Below the pieces are notes generated by a model, which had not been told where the DNA came from, ran no database searches, and worked only from the letters and a program-made list of their open reading frames with translations. The translations under genes were made by a program, and so were the position numbers. From the NCBI GenBank assembly GCA_043821285.1, contig JBDRCZ010000017.1, positions 15,947 through 79,946 on the forward strand: a stretch of DNA of 64,000 nt. Reading direction: 5' to 3'. This document shows, in pieces, positions 17,126 through 27,147 of this stretch (position 1 is the stretch's first letter; every line of letters starts with the position of its first letter). The stretch comes from Candidatus Omnitrophota bacterium (GTDB taxonomy: Bacteria; Omnitrophota; Gorgyraeia; B26-G9; JBDRCZ01).

Positions 17126-18621
17126 TGAGAAATAAATATCAGGAAGAATTATTTAATAAAATCTTTGAATTAAGTGAATGGAAAAAGACACAGCAGCTTA
17201 TTACAACCTATCTTGGTAAAGAAGGAAGATGGTGGTTCATTCCCAAGATTAGCAGAAAAACCCTATATTTGCTTAAAAATACGGTCTGTGTTCGCCAGCG
17301 GATTGCGAGTTGTATCACCAGATGGCTGCGATACCTGCAAACTGCAAAACGTAAACATACCCCGGTAATATTCACTTGTAACAATAGATATGTTTACTGT
17401 TTCCCCTTATGCCGCGGAGATAAATTATATGGCTACGTGGGCACTTGTAATGTCCGAGCAAAGATTTCAGACAATCTTCTCGAGTTTTTTGATCTACTTA
17501 TAAAAACAATCATTGAAAATGCACAAAAAGAGTTGGAACTTTCAAAGTTGTACGAAACAATTCGTCCGCGGGCAATTGCCCTTTCAACGATACATACGGT
17601 AAATCGTATTATCAGCGCAAATCTTGACCTGGATAATTTATTACCGCGTATTGCTAGATTAACTCTGCAGGTTATTAAGGCACAACGTTGTTCGATAATG
17701 TTACTGGATTCAGATAAAGATCAATTACGTCCGATGGCCGTTATTGATCTAAAACAAAAAATAGTAGATCTAAACAAAAAAGTTTTTTTAAAGAAGGGAT
17801 TGCCGGCAAAGGTTGTTCGAACGGGTAGGGCGATATTTAAAAATCAATATATATCAATTCCCATGGTCAGTGACGAAAAAATCATTGGGGTGATAACTGT
17901 TTCTAACAACATTAATAAAAAATCATTTAATTTGTTTGACTTTGAAATACTTTCAACCCTCACCGAACAAGCAGTTATTGCGATAAAAAATGCCAAACTT
18001 CATACGAAACAAAAAGAGATAACCTATGGCAGTATTAAAGCGCTGGCATCAGTTTTAGATATTGGCATGAATGATCGTTCAACTTCACCCGCGATTTTTA
18101 TAAATGTTACTATAGCAATCGCCCGGGAGCTAAGAATGCCAGAATCGGAAATGAAAATTTTGTATTTTGCATCTATGCTGCATCATGCCGGAAAAACAAG
18201 TATCCCGGAAAAAATAATCAAAAAAAGATCGCCGCTTACGGGGAAGGAACTGAACATTATAAAAAAACATCCTATTGTTGGCGCACAGATTATCCAGCCG
18301 TTAGACGACTTAGAGCCAGTGATCCCGATTATTTTACACCACCATGAACGCTATGACGGTACCGGATACCCGCAGGGATTAAAACAGAATGAAATCCCAT
18401 TTGGTGCAAGAATAATGTCGATTGCAGATTCTTTTGAAGCAATGATTTCAAAACGTCCATATCGTAAACCCATGACGGTTAAGCAGGCAATGTTGGAAAT
18501 CACCAGACATAGCGGAACACAGTTTGATCCGCAAGTGGTCGATGCATTTTGCCATGTTATTAAAAGAACCAATTACAAAAAAATATTATACAACGAGAAG
18601 TATTTTCAGAATTTTCTATAA
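17125..18621 (+). CDS. GAF domain + HD-GYP domain protein (HD dyad reads HH)
   Basis: C-terminal HHHERYDGTGYPQGL and FDPQVV blocks. The usual LHDIGK position reads LHHAGK (codons CAT CAT). The central region is GAF-like. Confidence 0.8.
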   Translation: MRNKYQEELFNKIFELSEWKKTQQLITTYLGKEGRWWFIPKISRKTLYLLKNTVCVRQRIASCITRWLRYLQTAKRKHTPVIFTCNNRYVYCFPLCRGDKLYGYVGTCNVRAKISDNLLEFFDLLIKTIIENAQKELELSKLYETIRPRAIALSTIHTVNRIISANLDLDNLLPRIARLTLQVIKAQRCSIMLLDSDKDQLRPMAVIDLKQKIVDLNKKVFLKKGLPAKVVRTGRAIFKNQYISIPMVSDEKIIGVITVSNNINKKSFNLFDFEILSTLTEQAVIAIKNAKLHTKQKEITYGSIKALASVLDIGMNDRSTSPAIFINVTIAIARELRMPESEMKILYFASMLHHAGKTSIPEKIIKKRSPLTGKELNIIKKHPIVGAQIIQPLDDLEPVIPIILHHHERYDGTGYPQGLKQNEIPFGARIMSIADSFEAMISKRPYRKPMTVKQAMLEITRHSGTQFDPQVVDAFCHVIKRTNYKKILYNEKYFQNFL

Positions 18622-18910
18622 GGACTTGTACGCCAATTATATCAATCGGCAAAAAAAATTTTTGGTGCTACCAGCTTGACATAATACCCTGCAGTTTTGC
18701 TGAGTGATAGTTAAGCTGAAGGAAATTTTTTATATCTATTTTAATGTTTTATTAAAAGCCTTATTATGATATACTAATAATCCGGGCATAAAAAGGGTAA
18801 TTAAATTGAGTGAGAATTAGAAAAACTTATTCCCAGATGCTTTCTAATGAAAGCAAAACCGTGGAACAAAATTCCCGCGAAAAGGCATTGTGGGAATTTA
18901 GGAGATTAAG

Positions 18911-19534
18911 ATGCATTTTTGGAAAAATGAAATCCAGCCTGATTTGTTTAAAAATGTAGATTCCTCAAAAAAACAGGGACTACGTAATTTTATTTTTAGC
19001 AAAAAAATGGAGTTGACAATACAATATGATTCTATTGTTGTTTTAGTTATCAGTTTTTTAATGATTAATATTGTTGTATATACGTTAGGCGTAGAACGCG
19101 GCAAGAGAATGTCAGGTATTCCTGATTACATTGCTGATTTAAAACATATTGTAGAAAATAAAAAAGATAAAAAAAATATTAATTGCAATCCAACAACGGA
19201 GCAAAAGGAAGATGCTATAAATATAAAAACAACACAACCAGTAGAAAAGAAGAAAATAAAAACAATGCCGGCTGATTCGATTACGGTTAAACAATCCGAT
19301 ACCTGCTACTCAATACAGGTTGCAACATATTTGTCGGATAACTATGCGCGGACAGAAGAATTAAATTGGCGGAAAAACGGGCATAAAACGTTTATTATTA
19401 AAAAGGGGAAATATTACGTGCTTTGTATTGGTGATTTTATAAGTAAAAATGTTGCATCGAACGAGCTTAAAAATTTTAAAAAACGCTTCAAAGATTGTTT
19501 TATCAGAACGATAGCAAAAGAAGATGAAGTTTGA
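18911..19534 (+). CDS. SPOR-domain membrane protein
   Basis: TM helix IVVLVISFLMINIVVYTL and a C-terminal SPOR-like YSIQVATY...YYVLCIGDF segment. Confidence 0.6.
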   Translation: MHFWKNEIQPDLFKNVDSSKKQGLRNFIFSKKMELTIQYDSIVVLVISFLMINIVVYTLGVERGKRMSGIPDYIADLKHIVENKKDKKNINCNPTTEQKEDAINIKTTQPVEKKKIKTMPADSITVKQSDTCYSIQVATYLSDNYARTEELNWRKNGHKTFIIKKGKYYVLCIGDFISKNVASNELKNFKKRFKDCFIRTIAKEDEV

Positions 19535-19778
19535 TTAAAAGCATGCAGCATTGACCCTGCCGAGAGTATGGAAGGCGTATCCTTTTAAGTACAGTTGTGT
19601 CGCAAATAACAGTCTGGAAAATACATTGCATATTATGTGTTTAGCCGTGTTAGGAATTATTTTCATAGGTAATACTAATTAGGGTCTGATCGATAAAATT
19701 TATGTTTGTTGTAAAAGTTTCTGTATGCTCCGTTATTTTTTGGTTTTAGCACGTCTATGTTAGGAGGTGTAAACAGTT

Positions 19779-20033
19779 ATGTCTATTCATACGAGTTTAT
19801 CGGCAAAAAAAGGCAGTAAGCACCGTAGTGTGCTGAAAAGATATGAGCGGATTCAATGTTTAAAAAAGAAAGAAAAATGGACAGAAGAAACTTCGGCATA
19901 TAATCTGCCAAAGATTAAAAATATTAAGGTAAAGATAAAGAAGACAAAGACCGCGGCAGCAAAAACAGAAACACCGGCAGCTACTGCCTCTACGAAAGAA
20001 GGCAGCGGGGCAAAAGCAGCAGGCAAAAAATAG
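19779..20033 (+). CDS. small basic protein (Lys-rich, 84 aa)
   Basis: MSIHTSLSAKKGSKHRSVLKRYERI... resembles the 'small basic protein' family seen in PVC-type bacteria. Recalled from memory, not searched. Confidence 0.5.
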   Translation: MSIHTSLSAKKGSKHRSVLKRYERIQCLKKKEKWTEETSAYNLPKIKNIKVKIKKTKTAAAKTETPAATASTKEGSGAKAAGKK

Positions 20034-20041
20034 CGGTTAAA

Positions 20042-20992
20042 ATGAAAAACAGTAAATCTTTAATTTTGGCATTAATATTTATTTTTCTTGATCCGGCGCA
20101 CCTGGTTGCCGCATCGGATAAATTTGCCGGTATGGTTTGTGCTGACCGGGTTAATGTCCGTGCCGGGCCAAGTACTAATTTTGAGCCGCTGTTTCAATTA
20201 GAGAAATCAGCAATTGTTAAGGTGCTGGGAGAAAATTCCGATTGGTACCGGATTGTCCTTCCAGAAGAGGCATCATGTTTTATTAGCGCTAAATATTTGG
20301 AAAAAATAGATAATAATTATTTTAGAATTACCGGTAAAAATGTGAATGTCCGAGGTGGCCCGAGCACAAACTATAATGTTCTTTGTCAGGTAAATACCGG
20401 TGATACAATTTTTGTTAGAGAAATTAAAGACGATTGGGCAAAAATTTATCCGCCGCAGGACTCAGCGGGATGGATACATAAAGACTATGTAAAGTATTAT
20501 ACTACGCTTGCCAGATATGCAATCGAAGAGCAGAAAGAGCAGGAAACTGTTCAACTGTTTGCTGCCGCTGAAGAAGAATATTGCAAAATGCAGAAAAAGA
20601 CAATGCTTGATGCAGATTTTTCCAGTCTGCTTATCAAATACAAACAGATTTTAGATAAATATAACCCTACGGCAGAACAATCAAGGCTTATCCAACAGAG
20701 AATAGACGAGCTTTGTAATAAAGCAAAAGAGATTGCCTTGCTTAAAAATGATTTATATACCCGTCATACGCCATTGGCGGTCGGGAAAATACAGGATTTA
20801 GGGTGGTATATTAAACGGCCAGGAACGCATAAATTAATTGATCATAATAAAAATACATTATATTATTTAAAAGGCGACCGGAAACTTTTAAATCAATATG
20901 CCAATGAATATGTAAAAATATGGGGCACATTAGAACAAGAAAGACGTTATAAACATTCAATAATTATTGTTGAAAAGATCGAACCAATGTAG
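20042..20992 (+). CDS. secreted protein with two bacterial SH3 domains
   Basis: Signal-like N-terminus. Two SH3b-like repeats (RVNVRAGPSTNFE...DWYRI and NVNVRGGPSTNYN...DWAKI). Confidence 0.6.
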   Translation: MKNSKSLILALIFIFLDPAHLVAASDKFAGMVCADRVNVRAGPSTNFEPLFQLEKSAIVKVLGENSDWYRIVLPEEASCFISAKYLEKIDNNYFRITGKNVNVRGGPSTNYNVLCQVNTGDTIFVREIKDDWAKIYPPQDSAGWIHKDYVKYYTTLARYAIEEQKEQETVQLFAAAEEEYCKMQKKTMLDADFSSLLIKYKQILDKYNPTAEQSRLIQQRIDELCNKAKEIALLKNDLYTRHTPLAVGKIQDLGWYIKRPGTHKLIDHNKNTLYYLKGDRKLLNQYANEYVKIWGTLEQERRYKHSIIIVEKIEPM

Positions 20993-20996
20993 CAAA

Positions 20997-21569
20997 ATGA
21001 ATAGTATTGCCAGATATATTACCACATTACCGGCCTTTTTAACCGCGGTTGTAATACACGAATATGCCCATGGCTGGATTGCTTATAAATTAGGCGATAA
21101 TACGGCAAAAGACAGCGGAAGACTGACCTTAAATCCACTAAGCCATATTGATCCGATCGGGACAGTAGTATTACCACTATTTTTAATACTAACACGTTCA
21201 CCGATTGTGTTTGGCTGGGCAAAACCTGTCCCAGTTAATATTTATAATTTAAGAAACCCAAAACGTGACATGATTTGGGTGGGATTAGCTGGACCGCTGG
21301 CTAATTTTTTAGGCGTATTTATTTTTTACAACTTTTTCCGCTTACAGATATTTCCTGAATTTAGTGCTGCGGCATATTTTTTAGAGACAGCTGTAGTGAT
21401 TAATTTAATTTTGGGGATTTTCAATCTTATCCCTATGCCTCCTTTGGATGGTTCAAAAATAGTAATTGGACTGTTGCCAAGGAGACTGGCTTATAATTAT
21501 AGCCGTATCGAACCATATGGAGTTGTTATCTTAATCCTGCTTTTGTTATTATTACAATCAATATTTTAG
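20997..21569 (+). CDS. M50/site-2-protease-family membrane metalloprotease
   Basis: HExxH as VIHEYAHGW, multiple hydrophobic helices. ATG 20997 chosen (the track ORF starts at 20967). Confidence 0.75.
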   Translation: MNSIARYITTLPAFLTAVVIHEYAHGWIAYKLGDNTAKDSGRLTLNPLSHIDPIGTVVLPLFLILTRSPIVFGWAKPVPVNIYNLRNPKRDMIWVGLAGPLANFLGVFIFYNFFRLQIFPEFSAAAYFLETAVVINLILGIFNLIPMPPLDGSKIVIGLLPRRLAYNYSRIEPYGVVILILLLLLLQSIF

Positions 21570-21672
21570 CTTGTGGAAACGAAATAGCATTTGACATTTT
21601 CGTGCTTTAAAAACCGCGTGAACATACCTTGTTATTTTTGATTATAATCTGTCCAAACATGGAGAGATAGCC

Positions 21673-22758
21673 GTGATTAGGGTTAAATTAAATAGCCGTA
21701 GTTATAATATTGTTGTTGAATCGGATAATTTAAAAAAATTTGCAAAAATTGCAAAAAGATTAAGCCTGGGACCGGATGCAGTCATTATAACTAATAATCA
21801 GATAAGACAGTATTATGGACAAAGACTTACAAAAGTATTAATGTTAGAAAAATTTAATACATTTTTTATAACAGTTTTGGATTCGGAAAAAAGTAAATCT
21901 TTGGACATATACAAAAGTGTTATTTCAAAAATTACCCGTTTAGATAAAAAACGAAAACTTTTTCTTATCGCATTTGGCGGAGGGGTAATTGGGGATCTTA
22001 CCGGGTTCATTGCCGCAACGTATAAACGTGGTATTCCATATTTACAACTTCCGTCAACCTTACTTGCCCAGGTTGACTCGGCAATTGGCGGTAAAACGGG
22101 CATTGATTTACCTGCAGGTAAAAATTTAGTCGGGGCAATTTACCAGCCACGCGTGGTATTTTCTGATATTTCACTGCTTAAGACCCTGCCACGAAGACAA
22201 ATTATCAGCGGGATGGCCGAGGTTATCAAATACGCAGTTATTTTTGACCGGAATTTATTTATTTTTTTGGATAAGAACGCAAAGGAAATCCTGAACCTTA
22301 AGCCAGATAAAATCTTATATATAGTTAAAAGATGCAGCCAGCTAAAGGCAGAAGTTGTATCGAGAGATGAATTTGAGAAAAAGGGCTATCGTACTCTGCT
22401 CAATCTGGGACACACCATCGGCCATGCAATTGAGGCGGCAGGTAGTTATTCCTCATCTTACAGCCATGGTGAGGCAATTGCGGTGGGTCTAATCTGCGCC
22501 GCAGAAATTTCACACGCATTGGGAATTATGGAAAAGGGAGAGCTTAACCGTATTGAGGAGTTAATCTTAAAATATAATCTACCAAATAAAATTAAACATT
22601 GTAGCATAAAAGCAATTATGCGTGCGCAGATGCATGATAAGAAATACATACACCGGAAAAACAGATTAGTACTACCGGCTAAAATCGGCCATACCATCGT
22701 CGTAGAAGACATTTCCGAGAAGCTGATTAAGAAAATTATTCAGCAACACAGAGTTTAA
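21673..22758 (+). CDS. aroB: 3-dehydroquinate synthase
   Basis: GGGVIGDLTGFIAATYKRGI, GGKTGIDL, LNLGHTIGHAIE blocks. Confidence 0.9.
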   Translation: MIRVKLNSRSYNIVVESDNLKKFAKIAKRLSLGPDAVIITNNQIRQYYGQRLTKVLMLEKFNTFFITVLDSEKSKSLDIYKSVISKITRLDKKRKLFLIAFGGGVIGDLTGFIAATYKRGIPYLQLPSTLLAQVDSAIGGKTGIDLPAGKNLVGAIYQPRVVFSDISLLKTLPRRQIISGMAEVIKYAVIFDRNLFIFLDKNAKEILNLKPDKILYIVKRCSQLKAEVVSRDEFEKKGYRTLLNLGHTIGHAIEAAGSYSSSYSHGEAIAVGLICAAEISHALGIMEKGELNRIEELILKYNLPNKIKHCSIKAIMRAQMHDKKYIHRKNRLVLPAKIGHTIVVEDISEKLIKKIIQQHRV

Positions 22759-22759
22759 G

Positions 22760-23155
22760 ATGATTAGTTTTGAAGTTTCAACTCGATCACGTATAGAATT
22801 TATAGATATCACTGCAAAGATCAATCAAATTATCCAAAAAAATAGCATCAGTGAAGGGATATGTGTGATATTTGTACCACATACAACCGCCGCAATAACA
22901 ATTAATGAAAAAGCCGACCCGGCGGTAGTAAAAGATATAATCAAATATTTAAATAAAACCATTCCTAAAGATGGCGATTATCGTCACATAGAGAGCAACT
23001 CTGACGCACATATAAAATCAACACTTATCGGCAACAGTCAATCCATCGCTATTCATAATTCAAATCTCGCCTTAGGTACCTGGCAGGGGATATATTTTTG
23101 CGAATTTGATGGGCCACGTCGAAGAAAGGTTTGGGTCGAGACTGTTTCTGTTTAA
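22760..23155 (+). CDS. yjbQ: YjbQ/UPF0047 family protein
   Basis: VPHTTAAITINE and DAHIKSTLIG blocks. Confidence 0.8.
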   Translation: MISFEVSTRSRIEFIDITAKINQIIQKNSISEGICVIFVPHTTAAITINEKADPAVVKDIIKYLNKTIPKDGDYRHIESNSDAHIKSTLIGNSQSIAIHNSNLALGTWQGIYFCEFDGPRRRKVWVETVSV

Positions 23156-23390
23156 AAAATTGTACCATAATTTCCTGAGGTAATTGATCAGTATTGTAAT
23201 GTGGCAATTAAAGACGGAGCATAGATATCCACCACTAAGATTGACGAATTAAATTCGTATAAATAATTTACGCCGCTTTTTACTCCGTAAATTATACACT
23301 CAATGAAGCTACCCTGCAGCAAGAGACGTGGTATCTTCATACACGGAAAATGCAAGCATTTTTCGGTCATCCGGCCTAGAGGCGATGCAA

Positions 23391-23439
23391 GCGAAATTGT
23401 CTTCGCCCCGCCACGGCGGCGGATCTTCGACAATTTCGC
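23391..23439. repeat. 11-bp perfect inverted repeat enclosing a GC-rich nested hairpin
   Basis: GCGAAATTGTC (23391-23401) pairs with GACAATTTCGC (23429-23439). The interior contains CCCGCC-AC-GGCGG and the word GGCGGATCTTCGA. Confidence 0.6.
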
Positions 23440-23505
23440 AAAAAACAAAAACCTTTTACCCTGTACAAGCTACAGGTAATACTCAAGTTTAAGGAGGTGA
23501 AAAAG

Positions 23506-23976
23506 ATGTCGCTTGCAATTAAGGAATTTGAATCATGTTATGGATTGGCGGTGAGAAAATTAATCCTGAAAATTTTATTATCGGAATTTCCAGAAACAAT
23601 GGTAGCCTATCCAAGTACAGATCTGGAAGATATTACTGGTAATTATGGCGGCAAACGGGAAAGATTTTTTATTGCATTAGATGAGGAAAAAGTAGTCGGA
23701 ACAATTGCCGTCAAAGAAGATGATAAAAAAAATGCACTACTCCGGCGTATTTATGTACATCCTAATTATCGGAACAAAGGCTACGGCAAAATGCTGCTTA
23801 AGACCGCCATAGATTTTGCTAAAAGCCAAGGTTATCGCCGAATCGTTTTTCGTTCCACAGATAAAATGTCACTTGCTAATTTACTTTGTAAAAAAAACGG
23901 TTTTAATGAAGTATCTCAGGTAGGTTTTGGGGGAATAAAAATCGTGGAATTTGCCCATATTTTTAAGAACAAATAA
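23506..23976 (+). CDS. GNAT-family N-acetyltransferase
   Basis: RRIYVHPNYRNKGYGKMLL acetyl-CoA-binding block. AAGGAGG lies 8 nt upstream of ATG 23506. Confidence 0.8.
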   Translation: MSLAIKEFESCYGLAVRKLILKILLSEFPETMVAYPSTDLEDITGNYGGKRERFFIALDEEKVVGTIAVKEDDKKNALLRRIYVHPNYRNKGYGKMLLKTAIDFAKSQGYRRIVFRSTDKMSLANLLCKKNGFNEVSQVGFGGIKIVEFAHIFKNK

Positions 23977-24064
23977 TTACGATATAACTGGCCTGACCAA
24001 AAATCCCCAGTTTTCCCGTACAAACCAACGTAATCAAATTAACAGGTTATGCACAGGAGATATA

Positions 24065-24107
24065 TAACTGCTATAACTTATTTAAAATAAACAAGTTATA
24101 GCAGTTA
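24065..24107. repeat. 15-bp perfect hairpin
   Basis: TAACTGCTATAACTT (24065-24079) pairs with AAGTTATAGCAGTTA (24093-24107). Confidence 0.6.
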
Positions 24108-24200
24108 ATCGCTAATATTGTAGTTAACATAAGATACATTATAGGAAGTTAAGGATGGGCCAAGCAAGGCTGGGTTTGCTTGGGTATTTCGGAGTTTTGA

Positions 24201-25373
24201 ATGAAAAAATATTTAAAAACCTGGTCAAAATCACTGCCAGAACTCCTATTTTCCATAATATTCTTGGCCGGCATCATATTTCGGCTCTTAATGCTGCTAA
24301 AGTATAAAAATGTCCCACTGACATTTGATGCTAAAGGATATTATGACATGGCAGTTAACATGACCAATTTCTATGCAGCAAGCTTTCGGGAGCCTTTTTA
24401 CATTTTAATTGTTAAAATGTTTGTTAAGTTAACCGGATTAGGTGAGTTTGCTGTGCGCATTCAATCTTTTACCTTTTCTGTTTTTAGTATACTAATATTG
24501 TATTTATTAGGGCTAAGATTATTTAACCGTTTTGTCGGTATATGTTCTGCTGTATTCCTGTCCTTAAACCCCTTTTTAATTTACAATTGTACCCGCGGCC
24601 TGCGTACAGAAATTACAATTTTTCTATTACTTATTTTTACCTTTATTGCATTTCCCCTGAACTTTTTGTGCAATAACGCAAAATTAATAATTCTGACATT
24701 TATTGCGGCCGCCTTATCCCTTATAAAAATTTATTATTTACCAATTATGATTTTGCTTATATTTTATATATTTTTTAAAGAAAAATGTCCCGCTTGGTTT
24801 TTAAAAACAATGATTGCATTTATTGTCGTAATTTTATTAGTTATGCCGTTTCTTATCAGCAATAAAAATACATATAATGACATGTTCTGCATTTCTAATA
24901 TGAATGCTGTTTTTTGGCGTAATCAGGAATTTGCTGGTAAACCCGGGTTCCCCACTATTGCAGAAGTCAAAAAAAATCCTTACATTGGGCCAAAAATAAC
25001 TACATTTGATTATTTATTTAAACTGCACAGCATTAGGGAAGTTATTATGCGGTTTATACAAGGGTATTATTTTTGCATCTTTAAATATATTTATCAAACA
25101 ATGTGGATTTTTAGCCCGCTGGTTTATTTTGGTATGATCGGCATAATTGCTATGCTTTTTACCGACAAAAGATTATTTGTTTTATTAATGCTCATTGTAA
25201 TTTTGCCGAATGTATTTATATTACCAATCAATACGATTGGATATATCAGAGTCGACCGTCGTTTTGCAATGGTCATGTACCCATTTTTTTCCATATGTAT
25301 CAGCTATGGGATTTATTTTGTGTTTACAAAAATAAAGAATTTTAGGGATAGCAATGCTAAATTAAAAGCCTAA
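24201..25373 (+). CDS. polytopic membrane glycosyltransferase (GT39/ArnT-like)
   Basis: 390-aa ORF with many hydrophobic helices and layout like PMT/ArnT-type enzymes. The family call is tentative. Confidence 0.5.
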   Translation: MKKYLKTWSKSLPELLFSIIFLAGIIFRLLMLLKYKNVPLTFDAKGYYDMAVNMTNFYAASFREPFYILIVKMFVKLTGLGEFAVRIQSFTFSVFSILILYLLGLRLFNRFVGICSAVFLSLNPFLIYNCTRGLRTEITIFLLLIFTFIAFPLNFLCNNAKLIILTFIAAALSLIKIYYLPIMILLIFYIFFKEKCPAWFLKTMIAFIVVILLVMPFLISNKNTYNDMFCISNMNAVFWRNQEFAGKPGFPTIAEVKKNPYIGPKITTFDYLFKLHSIREVIMRFIQGYYFCIFKYIYQTMWIFSPLVYFGMIGIIAMLFTDKRLFVLLMLIVILPNVFILPINTIGYIRVDRRFAMVMYPFFSICISYGIYFVFTKIKNFRDSNAKLKA

Positions 25374-25575
25374 ATTTTCATCGCTTTGAGGATTAAACTT
25401 GATTATTCCCTGTAGTTTGGCTATATGGTGATCTATTGGATGGAAAGTTTGAAAACCGTAGGTTTTCAAATGGATAAAAAATTTCCGTTGCTGCATTGCC
25501 TCATCAGCTTGGCAAAAGACCCTGTAATCTTGCTACAGGGATGGTCAAGCTAATGGAAATTTTTTATTAACCGAT

Positions 25576-26667
25576 TTATTTAGATTTTGTCATTTGGATT
25601 TTGGAATTAGTTTGTGGATTTTCCTGCGTTTCATTAATTGCCCTTATTGGATATGGTATAATTATGCCTTCTTTGGCATAGCGCGCGTGCAGCGCCTTGA
25701 TAAATTCATGTTTTATCAGGTAATTATCGACAAATTCCTTTGCCCGCAGGATGACGGTAAAATCAATACTATAGGCATTAAACGTGTGATAGCGGATAAA
25801 CGGCTTAAAATCAGCAACTCCGCCGGTAACCGTTTTCATAATTTTCTCCCCGACTTCAATCGTAACCCGCTCCACCTGTGTTAGGTCGGAGTCATAATGC
25901 ACGCCTACCTGTACAAGCACCGCCAAGTCAGTTGACGGATAATAATAATTGAGCACTTTGGAGTTGACCAAGACCTTATTCGGGATAACCACAATATTAT
26001 TTGGCAGCATTTTCACCCAGGTAGACCTCCACCCGATCTTTTCAACATACCCCTCTTCCCCTGAGTCAAGCTTAATAAACTGCCCTTTTTGTATTGGCTT
26101 ATCAATAACAATTTGTACCCCCGAGAAAAAATTTTCCAGTGTTGGCTGAAGCGCCAATGCCACGGCTAAAGAACCAATACCTAAAGAAGCAATCAGCGGT
26201 GTAATCGATATACCAAAACTATCCATTAATATAAGAATACCAATAACAATGACAATTGCGCGGACAACTCCCTGGGTAATACTCCCGGAGGTTTTTAATA
26301 TTTCTACTTTTTCAGAATATAGCTGAATTAAGTTTTTAAGTAATTTATCTAAAAAAATAATTACCGCGACAATGGTTGTTGCCTTAAACGCAACAAAGAT
26401 ATATTTTGTAAGTTCGGCGTCTTTTGCCAGTGGGGAGAACTGTTGCAACACCAGTCCCCCGCTAACATAGATAAATAGTGTCAAGGGAAATTGTAATGCG
26501 GCAATAAAGATATCATCAAGCTGGGTATGCGTTCGTTGGGCAAAGCGTTGAATACGGTTGAATACAATCCGGCGGACAATAAAAAGTCCACTTACCCAGA
26601 CAAAATAGATTACTGGTGCATATATCCATGCCGGCACGGAAATTCCAAATAATACTAAGTTTTTCAT
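25576..26667 (-). CDS. MscS-family mechanosensitive channel
   Basis: FSGVQIVIDKPIQKGQFIKL...GYVEKIGWRSTWVKMLPNNIVVIPN block after N-terminal TM helices. Confidence 0.85.
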   Translation of the reverse strand: MKNLVLFGISVPAWIYAPVIYFVWVSGLFIVRRIVFNRIQRFAQRTHTQLDDIFIAALQFPLTLFIYVSGGLVLQQFSPLAKDAELTKYIFVAFKATTIVAVIIFLDKLLKNLIQLYSEKVEILKTSGSITQGVVRAIVIVIGILILMDSFGISITPLIASLGIGSLAVALALQPTLENFFSGVQIVIDKPIQKGQFIKLDSGEEGYVEKIGWRSTWVKMLPNNIVVIPNKVLVNSKVLNYYYPSTDLAVLVQVGVHYDSDLTQVERVTIEVGEKIMKTVTGGVADFKPFIRYHTFNAYSIDFTVILRAKEFVDNYLIKHEFIKALHARYAKEGIIIPYPIRAINETQENPQTNSKIQMTKSK

Positions 26668-26700
26668 TTTTTTAGAATAATATATTTGCTGACGCGGTTT

Positions 26701-26970
26701 TCATGGACAATGGGTCAGGTCGGGTTCTAGTTTTAACGCTAATTCCTCGATCTTAGGAAGAATTGCATTCAAATATCCTGCTATTTCTGAGTGTTCAGCC
26801 CGGGTTATCATGATCAAGAGATTTTCCCGTGGGATAGGATTAATATTTTTAGTGTCATACGGGGGGATCAGCGGCTGAACATGGTCTATACTAAAAAAAA
26901 CACCCTGCGCCTGGGCTACCAGAGGTATAAAAACAAATACAAACAGTAATACAAGGGATATCTTTTTCAT
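26701..26970 (-). CDS. small secreted hypothetical protein
   Basis: Signal-like MKKISLVLLFVFVFIPLVAQA; RBS AGGAGGGG upstream. Confidence 0.35.
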   Translation of the reverse strand: MKKISLVLLFVFVFIPLVAQAQGVFFSIDHVQPLIPPYDTKNINPIPRENLLIMITRAEHSEIAGYLNAILPKIEELALKLEPDLTHCP

Positions 26971-27147
26971 TTTCCCCTCCTATTATTTTTTGGGGTTCTG
27001 TCAAAACTTACCTAAACTTTTAATAAGCAATGCAGATTACAAACGACTAATTATATTATATACTTATTTTCAATGGAAAGTCAAGAAAATAATGCCCTAC
27101 GTGACTTAGGAATATCAAATGTTTAATGACAAATCTCAAATGAATTT

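Noticed and set aside
23188-23448. 86-aa minus-strand ORF between yjbQ and the GNAT gene.
   Set aside because: There is no motif or RBS evidence, and its N-terminal part is encoded by the GC-rich hairpin. It is left uncalled.
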